Below, one piece after another: positions 37,665 to 46,908 of a stretch of 64,000 bases of DNA. Location of the stretch: NCBI GenBank assembly GCA_046350795.1, contig JAXLZT010000001.1, positions 309,780 to 373,779 of the forward strand, given 5' to 3'. Both the position numbers and the translations under genes were made by a program. Numbering within the stretch: position 1 is the first letter of the stretch; every line of letters starts with the position of its first letter. The notes beneath the pieces are model-generated. The model was given only the letters and a program-made list of their open reading frames with translations. It did not search any database and was not told the DNA's origin. The stretch comes from Minisyncoccota bacterium (GTDB lineage Bacteria > Patescibacteriota > Minisyncoccia > Phycocordibacterales > CALRHW01).

Positions 37665-38051
37665 ATGCTTGAGCGAGAATTTCAAAAGAGACGCAAAATA
37701 CGTAATAGGATATATTCAAAAACGACAGTTGTCGTCCTTCTTATTGTGATCTTGATTATGACTCGTGCTACTTGGAGAGTTTACAAAACAAAAATAGAGA
37801 GTCGGAAAGATTTTGAAAAAGTATCATCTGAATTGGAATCTATGCGTGCCAGAGAGGCGGAGTTGAAATATGAAATCGATCGTCTCAATACTAATAAAGG
37901 TACAGAAGAGGAGATTCGTAAAAAGTTTAATGTTGCTAAAGATGGTGAGGGTGTGGTCTATGTCGTAGATTCAAAAGAAAGCGAGGAAAATGAACCAATA
38001 GAAGCTAGTTTTATTCAAAAAATATGGAAAAGGGTGGGGGATATTTTTTAA
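37665..38051 (+). CDS. Septum formation initiator (FtsB/DivIC-like)
   Basis: Basic N-terminus, TM, coiled coil, 'EEEIRKKFNVAKDGEGVV'. Confidence 0.8.
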   Translation: MLEREFQKRRKIRNRIYSKTTVVVLLIVILIMTRATWRVYKTKIESRKDFEKVSSELESMRAREAELKYEIDRLNTNKGTEEEIRKKFNVAKDGEGVVYVVDSKESEENEPIEASFIQKIWKRVGDIF

Positions 38052-38093
38052 GATCTTTTTTGCATCTTTTTTAGACGCTGATATAATAGGCCT

Positions 38094-38333
38094 ATGAAAA
38101 AAGTATCAATATATTCAACACCAACCTGTCATTATTGTAATTTAGCAAAAGAATATTTTGCACAAAACAATGTTCCTTTTGAGAATTTTAATGTTTCCGA
38201 GGATGCAAATAGGCGTCAGGAAATGATAGACAGGACAGGTCAGATGGGTGTGCCGGTAATAATGATTGATGACGAACTCATTGTTGGTTTCAACAAGCCA
38301 CTTATAGCACAGCTTTTGGGTCTTCCTGCCTAG
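38094..38333 (+). CDS. Glutaredoxin/NrdH-like protein
   Basis: 'YSTPTCHYC', 'GQMGVPVI', 'VGFN'. Confidence 0.9.
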   Translation: MKKVSIYSTPTCHYCNLAKEYFAQNNVPFENFNVSEDANRRQEMIDRTGQMGVPVIMIDDELIVGFNKPLIAQLLGLPA

Positions 38334-38345
38334 TTTTCTGTGCAT

Positions 38346-38417
38346 GCCGTCGTAGTTCAATGGATAGAACAGTCCCGTCCTAAGGGATAGATGTAGGTTC
38401 GATTCCTACCGGTGGCA
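38346..38417 (+). tRNA. tRNA-Arg(CCT), CCA not encoded
   Basis: Cloverleaf; anticodon arm GTCCC-gtCCTaa-GGGAT; T-loop GGTTCGATTCC. Confidence 0.92.
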
Positions 38418-38465
38418 CATTTTAGCCTTTGATTTCCGCGTATTTTCTGCTATAATCTCTCTTGT

Positions 38466-38711
38466 ATGAACCCAGAAGAAAGAGCGCTCATTGAGGAAAC
38501 ACTCGCTATTTCGCGAGAAAATAACAATATACTAAAGAGCATGCGGAGATCTGCTCGTTTGGGTCGTATAATGCAGATTACGTATTGGTTGCTCATAATC
38601 GGCGCTTCTGTGGGTGCATATTATTTCATTCAGCCATATATTGAACAGTTGCTTGGAGTATATAGTGGGGTGCAGGATGGGGTAATGAAAGTAAACGATT
38701 TTTTTCAGTAG
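38466..38711 (+). CDS. Small single-TM hypothetical protein
   Basis: TGCTATAAT 9 nt upstream; 'RENNNILKSMRR' then TM 'ITYWLLIIGASVGAYYFIQPY'. Confidence 0.75.
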   Translation: MNPEERALIEETLAISRENNNILKSMRRSARLGRIMQITYWLLIIGASVGAYYFIQPYIEQLLGVYSGVQDGVMKVNDFFQ

Positions 38712-38744
38712 ATTCTGTTTTTTCTGTTATTGTATTTTATATAT

Positions 38745-38820
38745 GCCGAGGTAGCTCAGTTGGTAGAGCATGTGCCTGAAGAGCATGGGGTCGGCGGTTC
38801 AAGTCCGCCCCTCGGCACCA
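38745..38820 (+). tRNA. tRNA-Phe(GAA) with encoded CCA
   Basis: GCCGAGG/CCTCGGC acceptor stem, anticodon loop ctGAAga, GGTTCAAGTCC, ends ACCA. Confidence 0.95.
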
Positions 38821-38960
38821 AAGATAAAAAACCGCCCAAATTGTGGCGATTTTTTTATGTATTGACTAAAACTCAATTATCCTGTTTCATTAATAAAAGA
38901 CAGTACAATTGCCACTGTGGCAGTTTGTAGACTTTCGCACTTTGAGTGGGGGTGTAATAT

Positions 38961-39629
38961 ATGCCAAGAAAAACCGATGTTCAGACCTCTCCAGAGACCG
39001 TGATCCGTCGCAGGATTTCAGACTCAGAGCTTGAATTGGCAGAGTGCAGTCCGTTTCTGCCAAAGCCTCTAGAGAAGTTCTACTACTTCAGTGATGATCA
39101 GAGGGATGCGTGCTTTCGTTTGATTGTGTTGGTGGGGGAGGCGCACCTTTTCTTTGGTCGTCGTATGGAGCTTGTGGAAAAAGTCACTCGAGACAGAGCT
39201 TTGGGTGCAATCGATCACGTCAAGGGTGAGATCTCAAGGTTCACGCAAATGTTCGTCGACACTCTGGAAGGCGTGCGCACTGGTGACACGACGTTTGATG
39301 TCGCCACTATTCGTACGGGTTGCGTTTTTCGATTTCGTCTCAAGGTTTTTGCTCTCGGTCTAGCGATCGAATTGAGCAGGATTACTTTTGACAAAATCGA
39401 CACAAGAAGACTGTTCGCTCACAACGTCAGGTTGAGCGAGATGGACAGTGTCTTGATGGAAGGAGCGCGACAGTCTCCAGAGCTTTTCCCGATCTCTCTG
39501 GTGGAATACTGGAGATCGAACGTGGTCAGTCCTTATCGATCGTTGCTACTTACGCAACCGTATGCGAAGTCGAGATTTTTGGCTCGCATGCGTCACCAAG
39601 CAGTCTCCCTTCACAAGCTCTGTGAGTAA
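38961..39629 (+). CDS. GC-rich ORFan hypothetical protein
   Basis: 222-aa ORF; G-rich RBS-like GGGGGT upstream; composition unlike neighbouring genes. Confidence 0.6.
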   Translation: MPRKTDVQTSPETVIRRRISDSELELAECSPFLPKPLEKFYYFSDDQRDACFRLIVLVGEAHLFFGRRMELVEKVTRDRALGAIDHVKGEISRFTQMFVDTLEGVRTGDTTFDVATIRTGCVFRFRLKVFALGLAIELSRITFDKIDTRRLFAHNVRLSEMDSVLMEGARQSPELFPISLVEYWRSNVVSPYRSLLLTQPYAKSRFLARMRHQAVSLHKLCE

Positions 39630-39707
39630 TATGGTGGTACTTTCCACCAACTGTGTCTACGGGGGTAGAAATTGGGCAGATCAAATCCAACCTCAGAGGA
39701 GAATCAC

Positions 39708-40085
39708 GTGAGACATCAGGAAGTCTCGATCAGGGGTCTCGAGGATGCTTTTGAGAGTTTGCGTCATTCCTCAGAAGTGTCCATGGAGCCGGACGAAGTT
39801 CTGGCCGAACTCAGCTCTCGGGTGATTGAGATCCGCACACACCTGGCTTCTGCCGGGGTTGACTGTGCGGCGATTGATCGCAAGCTCACCACAAATGCGT
39901 GGATGCTCTTGCCAGCGCTCAGAAACAGCCCCATCATCAGCAATCACAGGAAGTTTCTCGCTGATCGGGGTGTCCCTGTGCATGACTGCTGGTGGCTCAA
40001 GAAGCGCTTCTGGGTGGTCGTCGAGGGGCAGTATCTCGAACGCAAGCTCGCGCTGTCTAAACTTGCCCTGGAAAAAGGGGCATGA
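39708..40085 (+). CDS. GC-rich ORFan hypothetical protein
   Basis: GAGGAG Shine-Dalgarno upstream of in-frame GTG 39708. Confidence 0.55.
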   Translation: MRHQEVSIRGLEDAFESLRHSSEVSMEPDEVLAELSSRVIEIRTHLASAGVDCAAIDRKLTTNAWMLLPALRNSPIISNHRKFLADRGVPVHDCWWLKKRFWVVVEGQYLERKLALSKLALEKGA

Positions 40086-40124
40086 CGTGAGATGCGTTAC
40101 GTGAAATGATGGTACTCTCCATCG

Positions 40125-40152
40125 AAAGGGCTCCGCAATTGCGGAGCCCTTT
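40125..40152. terminator. Bidirectional terminator
   Basis: AAAGGGCTCCGCAATTGCGGAGCCCTTT perfect palindrome between convergent genes. Confidence 0.85.
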
Positions 40153-40157
40153 ATACT

Positions 40158-40622
40158 TTATGAATTATTTTTTACTCTAAGTTTTGCCTGTTTTGATTTG
40201 TCTAGTTTTGGTAATTTTATTATGAGTAGGCCGTGCTTTTCTATTGCTTCTGAATCTTCTATCTCTACTTCTTGAGGTAACATTATGGTGCGAGAAAAAC
40301 TACCCCAATATAATTCTCGATTAAAATAATCCTCATCACGTATAAGTCTTTCAGATTCTCTTTTTCCTCTTATTGTAACCATATCTCTGGTGATGCTGAT
40401 ATCTAGATCTTCTGGTCGGACACCCGCCACCATTGTTTTTATAATTATATCTGTGGATGTTTGGTACATATCTATCGTTAATTCTCCATCTCCGTTTTCT
40501 TCGTCTTCTGCTTCGCTGTCGCGCATTTCAGAAACGCCAATATTTCTTTTTTCCAAAGCAAAATCCTCGTCCACTCTTACTGCGCCGGTTAACTTTTCAA
40601 AAAATGATCTTTTGATTGACAT
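40158..40622 (-). CDS. Hsp20/alpha-crystallin small heat-shock protein
   Basis: 'LTIDMYQT', 'AGVRPEDLDISI', 'WGSFSRTIMLP', 'GLLIIKLPK'. Confidence 0.9.
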   Translation of the reverse strand: MSIKRSFFEKLTGAVRVDEDFALEKRNIGVSEMRDSEAEDEENGDGELTIDMYQTSTDIIIKTMVAGVRPEDLDISITRDMVTIRGKRESERLIRDEDYFNRELYWGSFSRTIMLPQEVEIEDSEAIEKHGLLIIKLPKLDKSKQAKLRVKNNS

Positions 40623-40634
40623 GAATATCTTGAT

Positions 40635-41354
40635 TTAATGTACTAAACTTTTTATTTTCTCAAAAAATAACATTAGTCCTGCTGTACATAGCCACAATAT
40701 TGAAAATACAATAAAAGTATTGCTTCCGTTCTCATTCATTATAAATAAATTGAAGACAGTATGCAATGCAATCGCAATGATTAATCCGATGAATGTGTAA
40801 AAATTGCGTATTTTTGGATGTCTGTAAAAAGAAAATGCAATAAATATACCGACAGTTGCTGAGGCTATAGTATGTAAAAGACTTGCTCCCACAAAACGTA
40901 AGTTGCTAGTGATAATGGTGTCTGCCAAGTAGCTTGTGTTTATAACTCTTATGCTTTGTATAGAGTTTTCTATCATTGGAGAAAGTAGAAAAAGAGTGTT
41001 TTCTATGGCCACAAATCCAAGAGCGGCTGTAATGAGATATATGACGGCGTCTATGGGTTCATCTAGCTCTTTTCTGTGGAAAACTGCAAAGAAACCAGCT
41101 CCAAACTTAAAAATTTCTTCTATTGTGGCCCAAAGTAGAAAAAGTAGCACTGGATATGCCCCAAAATATTTTGAAGCTAAAAATTGAAAGGGAATTACAA
41201 GCGGAACAGCGATCATTCCAGCTATAAAGGTTCTTGCGACCAATCTTTTTGGCTCGGGTGATTTTTTGTCTTCGCGAAGCCAAAACCAAAGCCATAAAAG
41301 TGCTGGTAAAATACCCATAATAATACTAAATAGTAATGTAAAAGTGCTGGGCAT
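40635..41354 (-). CDS. prsW: PrsW family intramembrane metalloprotease
   Basis: 'EDKKSPEP', 'ATIEEIFK', 'ALGFVAIEN', two conserved His; start set at ATG 41354. Confidence 0.88.
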   Translation of the reverse strand: MPSTFTLLFSIIMGILPALLWLWFWLREDKKSPEPKRLVARTFIAGMIAVPLVIPFQFLASKYFGAYPVLLFLLWATIEEIFKFGAGFFAVFHRKELDEPIDAVIYLITAALGFVAIENTLFLLSPMIENSIQSIRVINTSYLADTIITSNLRFVGASLLHTIASATVGIFIAFSFYRHPKIRNFYTFIGLIIAIALHTVFNLFIMNENGSNTFIVFSILWLCTAGLMLFFEKIKSLVH

Positions 41355-41744
41355 AGTTTGATTTGTATAAATAATACCACATTGACTCAATGGTTAGTTT
41401 TATTTTTTAAAATGTTATCAACACCTTGTTAAAAATAAAAAGTGTGTTGTAAATTTTACAGCTTTTTTATCGTCAGCGCTCTGTATGAAGGACTTTTAAA
41501 GGACATTCTGTATTAAATAATTTGTCTTTTATAATGTCTCTAAAAATATAATCTTAATAAAGGACATAAACAAATATGGTAAAAGACATTTTATAAACTT
41601 GTTTTGATAGTTAAAAATCCTCAATATATTAGCAATATAATAATGTTTTTTTATTGACAATATATTTTGTTTAAGTGAAAATTCTTGCATAAGAGAGTTA
41701 AGAAAATTTTGCTAAACATAAAAGATAGGCTAAAAAATTAAATT

Positions 41745-43010
41745 ATGAAATTTCATAAACATCACAAAAATTCCTCAAAGACCATTTTCTTGTTTGTGAC
41801 AATTTTTTTTGCTTTTGTTTTAGCTTTACCGTTGAGATCTGAAGCTTCTGATTTAAGATGCCAATTTTTGACTGGTGATGTTGTTTGGGGATCTACAAAA
41901 AACGAACCAGTGGAGGTTGCAAAAATTCAATATTTTCTAAAACAATATGAGGGTTTTTCTAATATTGAAATCAATGGTATTTACAATACACAGACCATAA
42001 ATGCTGTCATTAATTTTCAAGAAAAATATAAAGAAGAAGTACTAAAACCTTGGGGATATGAAAAAGGAACTGGGGTGGTATATTTTTTGACCAGAAATAA
42101 GATAAATGAGGTTGTTTGTGGTATAGATATTCCTTTGACCGCATTGCAAGAAAAAGAGATTAGAGATTTTAAGTTATCAAATAGTATTAAAACAGCCCCA
42201 CCTACCGTCGAACCTGTTTCAGTTTCTACACCAAAAAATAATCCTTTTGCTATGCCACAGGTTGATAAGCCGGCGGTTGTCACTGCGCCTGCTGTAGTTG
42301 CTACTGCGCCTGCTATAGAGCCTGTCTCCCAACTCGTTTCATCACCAACGCCTGAAAAACCACAAACACCCATAGAAATACTAAAGGATGAATCAAATGA
42401 AAAAATTTTTGGTGGATGGTTTTCATCTTTTGTTTTGCATTCAGATACTACAAAGCTATCAGTATTTTATGTACCAAAAGGGATTGATTTTGTTGAATCG
42501 TTTATATTGTTCATAGTTTCTTTACTTATAATAAACGTTCTTTCAACCATGATTGGAAAGAGACGTTCTGTTGTGTTTGTAGTCGGATCACTTGTAGCTA
42601 TAGCGTTTTCTGTGCTTTTAAATCGAGCCTATCTGATCATTCCTTTTTTGGCGGTACTTTTAGTTTCTCTATTTATTTTTATAAAAAATACTTTGAAAAA
42701 AGATGCACAAGAATACGAGGAATCAGTATTTAATGTGGAGCCGGAAAATGTGCCAGATGTAATATTAGAAGAACCAGCTCATGAGCCAGTACATATGATG
42801 TTACCAGTAGAAGAGCCAGATGTGGTGTTGGAGCCAGCTGTAGATATAGAAATTAAGCCAGAAGTTTTGCAGTCAGTGCCGGAAGTGTCTACACAACAAG
42901 AAGTAAAAATAATAATGGGTCATGTGGTGCCCGCAAACCTACCAGATCAAACGCCTGTACAAAATAATTCAATACAGAACACAACAACAGACGGACCTGC
43001 AAAATTTTAG
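41745..43010 (+). CDS. Membrane protein with peptidoglycan-binding-like domain, Pro-rich linker, 3 TM and acidic tail
   Basis: 'NEPVEVAKIQYFLK...GIYNTQTINAVINFQEKY...KPWG...GTG.V...TRNKIN'. Confidence 0.7.
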   Translation: MKFHKHHKNSSKTIFLFVTIFFAFVLALPLRSEASDLRCQFLTGDVVWGSTKNEPVEVAKIQYFLKQYEGFSNIEINGIYNTQTINAVINFQEKYKEEVLKPWGYEKGTGVVYFLTRNKINEVVCGIDIPLTALQEKEIRDFKLSNSIKTAPPTVEPVSVSTPKNNPFAMPQVDKPAVVTAPAVVATAPAIEPVSQLVSSPTPEKPQTPIEILKDESNEKIFGGWFSSFVLHSDTTKLSVFYVPKGIDFVESFILFIVSLLIINVLSTMIGKRRSVVFVVGSLVAIAFSVLLNRAYLIIPFLAVLLVSLFIFIKNTLKKDAQEYEESVFNVEPENVPDVILEEPAHEPVHMMLPVEEPDVVLEPAVDIEIKPEVLQSVPEVSTQQEVKIIMGHVVPANLPDQTPVQNNSIQNTTTDGPAKF

Positions 43011-43023
43011 ATTGAAAGATTTT

Positions 43024-44208
43024 TTATAATCTCGCATTACCTTCTGCTCGTATCGTTTTGGCGTCTGTTTTTAGGATATCTTTATTATTTAAAATTTGAA
43101 TATATCCAGCCATTGCTATCATCACAGCATTGTCTGTGGCTAGGGACATTTCTGGTACAAATACTTTAAAATCTTCAGACGAACTTTTTTCTAGTTTTAA
43201 AAATTCAGAACGGATTTGCTTGTTTGCTATTACGCCCCCTCCTATAATGAGTGATTTTACTCCATATTTTTCTATGGCTTTTTTTGTTTTGTCTAAAAGT
43301 ACTTCTACTACAGCGTCTTCGAAAGCGAGCGCGATTTGCTGTTTTATCTTTTCAGTCAGCTCCGGTATCTCTTTTATTGTATAAAGCACGGATGTCTTTA
43401 GACCAGAAAAAGAAAAATCAAAATCATGTGAATGAATCATTGGTCTAGGAAAAACAAATGGGTTTATTGCATTTTTTTCGCCCGCTGTGGCTTCCCTGCG
43501 TTCTTTTTCTGCAAGTTTTGAAATCTCTGGTCCGCCAGGATACGGCAGAGAAAGCATTCTTGCTACTTTGTCAAAAGCTTCGCCGACGGCGTCATCGCGA
43601 GTTTCTCCTATGACTTTATATTTACCCCAGCCAGATATTTGCACTATTTCTGTGTGACCACCACTGATGAGTAAAGCGAGAGCGGGGAAATTGATTTCAT
43701 TTTTTGTAGAAGTGAGCACAGATAGTATATGTCCTTCCATGTGATTTACTGGTATCACAGGAATACCCCAAATGTATCCAAGCGCTTTTGCAAAGCTGAT
43801 ACCCACCCACAGTGCTGGCTCAAGTCCCGGTCCAAATGTGACAGCGATAGCGTCTATATCAGGTCGCGCCACTTTTTCTATGTATTTTAGTAATGGCTCA
43901 AAAATCTCAACCTCTTTTTCTAGTATTTTTCTAAGATGTGATTTTTGTTCTTCGGAAAGGGGTGAGTCTTGTTTTTCCACGAAATGTATCTGATCAAAAA
44001 GGTTTTGCAAAAGTGGCACAAGGTTTTTCGCGTGTTCGCGTTTTGCCACAGCAGGAAATACACCGCCGTATTCTGCATGTATTTTTATTTGAGAAAAAAG
44101 GGAAGTGCTAAGTACGGAAAAATCAAACACATTTCCAGGTGTGTTTTTGCCCTCTATGATACTTAGCGCCGTCTCATCACAGCTTGTTTCTATACCTAGT
44201 ATTTTCAT
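43024..44208 (-). CDS. tsaD: tRNA N6-adenosine threonylcarbamoyltransferase
   Basis: 'ILGIETSCDET', 'VNHMEGH', 'SGGHT', 'DDAVGEAFDK', 'TDNAVMI'; start set at ATG 44208. Confidence 0.96.
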   Translation of the reverse strand: MKILGIETSCDETALSIIEGKNTPGNVFDFSVLSTSLFSQIKIHAEYGGVFPAVAKREHAKNLVPLLQNLFDQIHFVEKQDSPLSEEQKSHLRKILEKEVEIFEPLLKYIEKVARPDIDAIAVTFGPGLEPALWVGISFAKALGYIWGIPVIPVNHMEGHILSVLTSTKNEINFPALALLISGGHTEIVQISGWGKYKVIGETRDDAVGEAFDKVARMLSLPYPGGPEISKLAEKERREATAGEKNAINPFVFPRPMIHSHDFDFSFSGLKTSVLYTIKEIPELTEKIKQQIALAFEDAVVEVLLDKTKKAIEKYGVKSLIIGGGVIANKQIRSEFLKLEKSSSEDFKVFVPEMSLATDNAVMIAMAGYIQILNNKDILKTDAKTIRAEGNARL

Positions 44209-44235
44209 GTTTTTTATCATCCCAACTTTATCATC

Positions 44236-44292
44236 TGATTCGTCTTTATACAAAAGGAAAACCTCGGCGCGCACCTGTGTGCGCACCGAGGT
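44236..44292 (-). terminator. Terminator after ORFan 44336
   Basis: Minus strand ACCTCGGTGCGCAC-acag-GTGCGCGCCGAGGT followed by TTTCCTTTT; boundaries approximate. Confidence 0.75.
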
Positions 44293-44335
44293 CATTGACC
44301 TTCGTGATCATCGCGACCAGCCCGACTCGTGCCCC

Positions 44336-44875
44336 CTAGCTGTACTTCTGAGAAAACAAGTTGGCCGCCAACTCGACGTAGAAGTCCTTCTCCTCCTCTA
44401 TGAGCCCCGCTGTCAGGAGGGTGTGGTAGGTATCGTTGAACACCTGCTCAGCTTCAGCCAAGTCTCGCTCGTTGCGTTCGCGATTATTGGGTTCATGATT
44501 GAGCTTGGCACGATTTTCCTGGACATTCAACGCCAAGTAGACCAGTCGATCGTGTGCACGGCCTTCGAGTACGCTCATGTCACTTCTGACCACTTGTGAT
44601 GGAGTGTACCTCTGTACGCATCCATCCGTGAAGTACAGGTTTTCTGCGACTTTTCTGGCCCACCTACAGAAGCCGGCAACCAAGCGCTTTTCCAGATCAT
44701 TTCCGTTGCCGGAGACGACCTTTTGGGCGATCTCTGCTGGATCAGCACCGTGCGTTTCCTCCCAGTATCTCAGTACTTGCCAGTTGAACTGTTGGTGTCT
44801 TTGGTGTGATTTGTGCATGCTCGCAGCCCACACCGCATCGTCTTTTGCAAGACTTTTCGATTTACGCAGACTCAT
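44336..44875 (-). CDS. GC-rich ORFan hypothetical protein
   Basis: 179-aa ORF with AAGGAG SD, upstream TTGACA and its own terminator. Confidence 0.65.
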   Translation of the reverse strand: MSLRKSKSLAKDDAVWAASMHKSHQRHQQFNWQVLRYWEETHGADPAEIAQKVVSGNGNDLEKRLVAGFCRWARKVAENLYFTDGCVQRYTPSQVVRSDMSVLEGRAHDRLVYLALNVQENRAKLNHEPNNRERNERDLAEAEQVFNDTYHTLLTAGLIEEEKDFYVELAANLFSQKYS

Positions 44876-45023
44876 GTCGTGCTCCTTGAGTAGCGGTTTT
44901 TGGGTAGAGAGCGAATTCTTTATATAAGATTATTTATTAATCAAACTGTGTCAACCTCTTGAAAGAGTGTCTTTTGGTGAGCCTAATCGAGATGCGACCC
45001 AAGGATTCATTGCCCTGTAAGGC

Positions 45024-45197
45024 TCATTTTAGCTCTTCCTGACTTCTTAATCGACCCTTCTCGAGAGTAGCTTTCTTTGTATACAAATGAGGGTTTTGCT
45101 TCTTATCTTGATCTAGTAACCATTGGAATACTGCGACCACTCTGTCGCTTTCTTCTTTAGTCCAATTTTTAGGATTTCTTTTATCTTCTTGGTTCAT
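45024..45197 (-). CDS. Small hypothetical protein at element end
   Basis: MNQEDKRNPKNWTKEESDRVVAVFQWLL...; ATG 45197. Confidence 0.5.
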   Translation of the reverse strand: MNQEDKRNPKNWTKEESDRVVAVFQWLLDQDKKQNPHLYTKKATLEKGRLRSQEELK

Positions 45198-45252
45198 AGA
45201 AAGTGACAAAAGTGACACAGAATCAAGTATAAAAGTTACACCTCAATGTAAC

Positions 45253-46161
45253 TTAATTATCTATTTGGATTATCTTTGACCCGTTGTCTGGATCCTCAGT
45301 TCTTTGTTGTAGAGTAAGCTTTCTGTAGTGAGAACAAGAGAATTTTAAGAAGTCATCTATTTCATCAAGATCAATATTTCCTTTCATGAGATCAGAAGGA
45401 TGAATCGAGATAATTAGATTTTCACATATGTTCAGATTCTTTGATGATTCGATGTAGCTTGTGATTATTTCTTTAATAGCACCTCTACGAGTCATATATG
45501 AGTCTCTTCCGTGTTGGGTATTTATTAGCGGGATAGTTAAATTTACATTCCTACCAGAATCCAAGGCAACATATTGCCAGAGCCCATTTAATGCCTGTAT
45601 AAAGTCATCAATTTCTGACCGAACACGATTGTTGTCCTTTTTAACAGAATTCACTACTAGGTAAAACTTTTTACCGTTCTGCTCCACTTCAATAGTTTTA
45701 CCTATCTCATGTTTTTGACCAATCGTAACTTTTGCGGAAATATCAGTATTTAAGTGATCAACTTTGTTTGCATAAAACTTCTGGATCACCTGATTTTGAA
45801 TACTGTTAGCCTTAAGAGCATTACCGCCAAGAGACATATCAAATTCGTCATTCACAGGAACCACCAAGGCACCACTATTATTGAAAGCATCGCCAACCTT
45901 AACTTCAATATAACTGTCTTTATTTCGCAAATTGTATTTAAAAGACGTTCGGGGTCTATTTTTTACAAGCGAAAGAATGCAGACAAGAATAAAGACTCCA
46001 CTGAATAGATAAACATTTTTGAAAATACTGTCTGTACTTTCATTCGTGCTGTAGCTAAACATCTCGACAAACAACCAAAATATACCCACCCAAGATACAA
46101 TATCAATAAAAATATTCTTCAGGTTTCTCCACCATCTTTTTATTCTGAGTGAAATTTTCAT
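45253..46161 (-). CDS. thsA: Thoeris type II effector (2 TM + Macro domain)
   Basis: Two N-terminal TM helices; macro-like 'IEVKVGDAF...LVVPVNDEFD', 'LTIPLI'; coupled (4-nt overlap) to the TIR gene. Confidence 0.8.
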   Translation of the reverse strand: MKISLRIKRWWRNLKNIFIDIVSWVGIFWLFVEMFSYSTNESTDSIFKNVYLFSGVFILVCILSLVKNRPRTSFKYNLRNKDSYIEVKVGDAFNNSGALVVPVNDEFDMSLGGNALKANSIQNQVIQKFYANKVDHLNTDISAKVTIGQKHEIGKTIEVEQNGKKFYLVVNSVKKDNNRVRSEIDDFIQALNGLWQYVALDSGRNVNLTIPLINTQHGRDSYMTRRGAIKEIITSYIESSKNLNICENLIISIHPSDLMKGNIDLDEIDDFLKFSCSHYRKLTLQQRTEDPDNGSKIIQIDN

Positions 46162-46661
46162 AGCCCTAGAGCAGTATAAGCATCTTGGTTATACCGAAAA
46201 GGTCCTGTTTTACCGGCTCTTTTGTATTGGTTGTGCAATGACTCCCATTCACTCAATGCTTTACTAATAATTTTTTGATTAAAACTAACATGGACAGCAA
46301 GTTCGGTATCTAAGATTGACGGACATAGGTCATCATCGTGATATCTTTTACCATTCAGATTTACGGCAATAATAGGAAGTCCTTTTTTGATTGCTTGCTC
46401 AATTTCCCAACGAACAAACTTGTGATGAAATTTTGTTTTCTCGCCAATAAGGATGATGAAAACCTTTGTATTGTTCAGACGTTCCCTCAAACTTGCCTTA
46501 ATGGATTCTTCGGTTGACCACGGCATTATATTTGTAAGGTCGTGGGCATCGTAGAAGTTAAAGTTTGTGTTATCGTTTTGTTTCCATGCTTGCATTAAGC
46601 GGTAGTAACGAATATCGTTATCCGCATCAAAGGCAACATAAGTTTTGTTTGTGTAAGCCAT
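46158..46661 (-). CDS. thsB: Thoeris TIR-domain protein (MTH538/DUF1863-like)
   Basis: 'MAYTNKTYVAFDAD', 'FNFYDAHDL', 'IKASLRERL', 'VRWEIEQA' (catalytic Glu), 'PIIAVNLNG'. Confidence 0.88.
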   Translation of the reverse strand: MAYTNKTYVAFDADNDIRYYRLMQAWKQNDNTNFNFYDAHDLTNIMPWSTEESIKASLRERLNNTKVFIILIGEKTKFHHKFVRWEIEQAIKKGLPIIAVNLNGKRYHDDDLCPSILDTELAVHVSFNQKIISKALSEWESLHNQYKRAGKTGPFRYNQDAYTALGL

Positions 46662-46666
46662 ACAGT

Positions 46667-46897
46667 TTAGCCCCTTGGTGGGAATGGGTCATTTCCATAG
46701 CTGTTACGCTCTTGGATCTTTCCGTCTTTACCATGAATAAAGTGTTCAACCTTTGTTTTTTCAGCAACTTTTTCAGCTCTATCGAGAGCATTATTTTTTG
46801 TATGATGTGAAGAAATAGGAGTTGATGATCCCTCTTTTTTGTTTTCCCACATACTACGATCTGAATTGTATACAGTGTGTATATTTTTGTTAGCCAT
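46667..46897 (-). CDS. DUF2188 family protein
   Basis: 'W..KKEGS', 'HHTKNNA', 'IHGKDGKIQERNSYGNDPFPPRG'. Confidence 0.85.
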   Translation of the reverse strand: MANKNIHTVYNSDRSMWENKKEGSSTPISSHHTKNNALDRAEKVAEKTKVEHFIHGKDGKIQERNSYGNDPFPPRG

Positions 46898-46908
46898 ATA
46901 TTTATAAA

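Noticed and set aside
38730-38930. 66-aa ORF
   Set aside because: It overlaps tRNA-Phe
39826-40104. Overlapping 92-aa ORF or a programmed frameshift at GAAAAAGGGG
   Set aside because: No SD or good start, and it would need a +1 shift with no supporting signal; only the position of its stop next to the hairpin is suggestive
44105-44927. Plus-strand ORFs 44105-44599 and 44577-44927
   Set aside because: Antisense shadows of tsaD and the GC-rich ORFan, which has the SD and terminator
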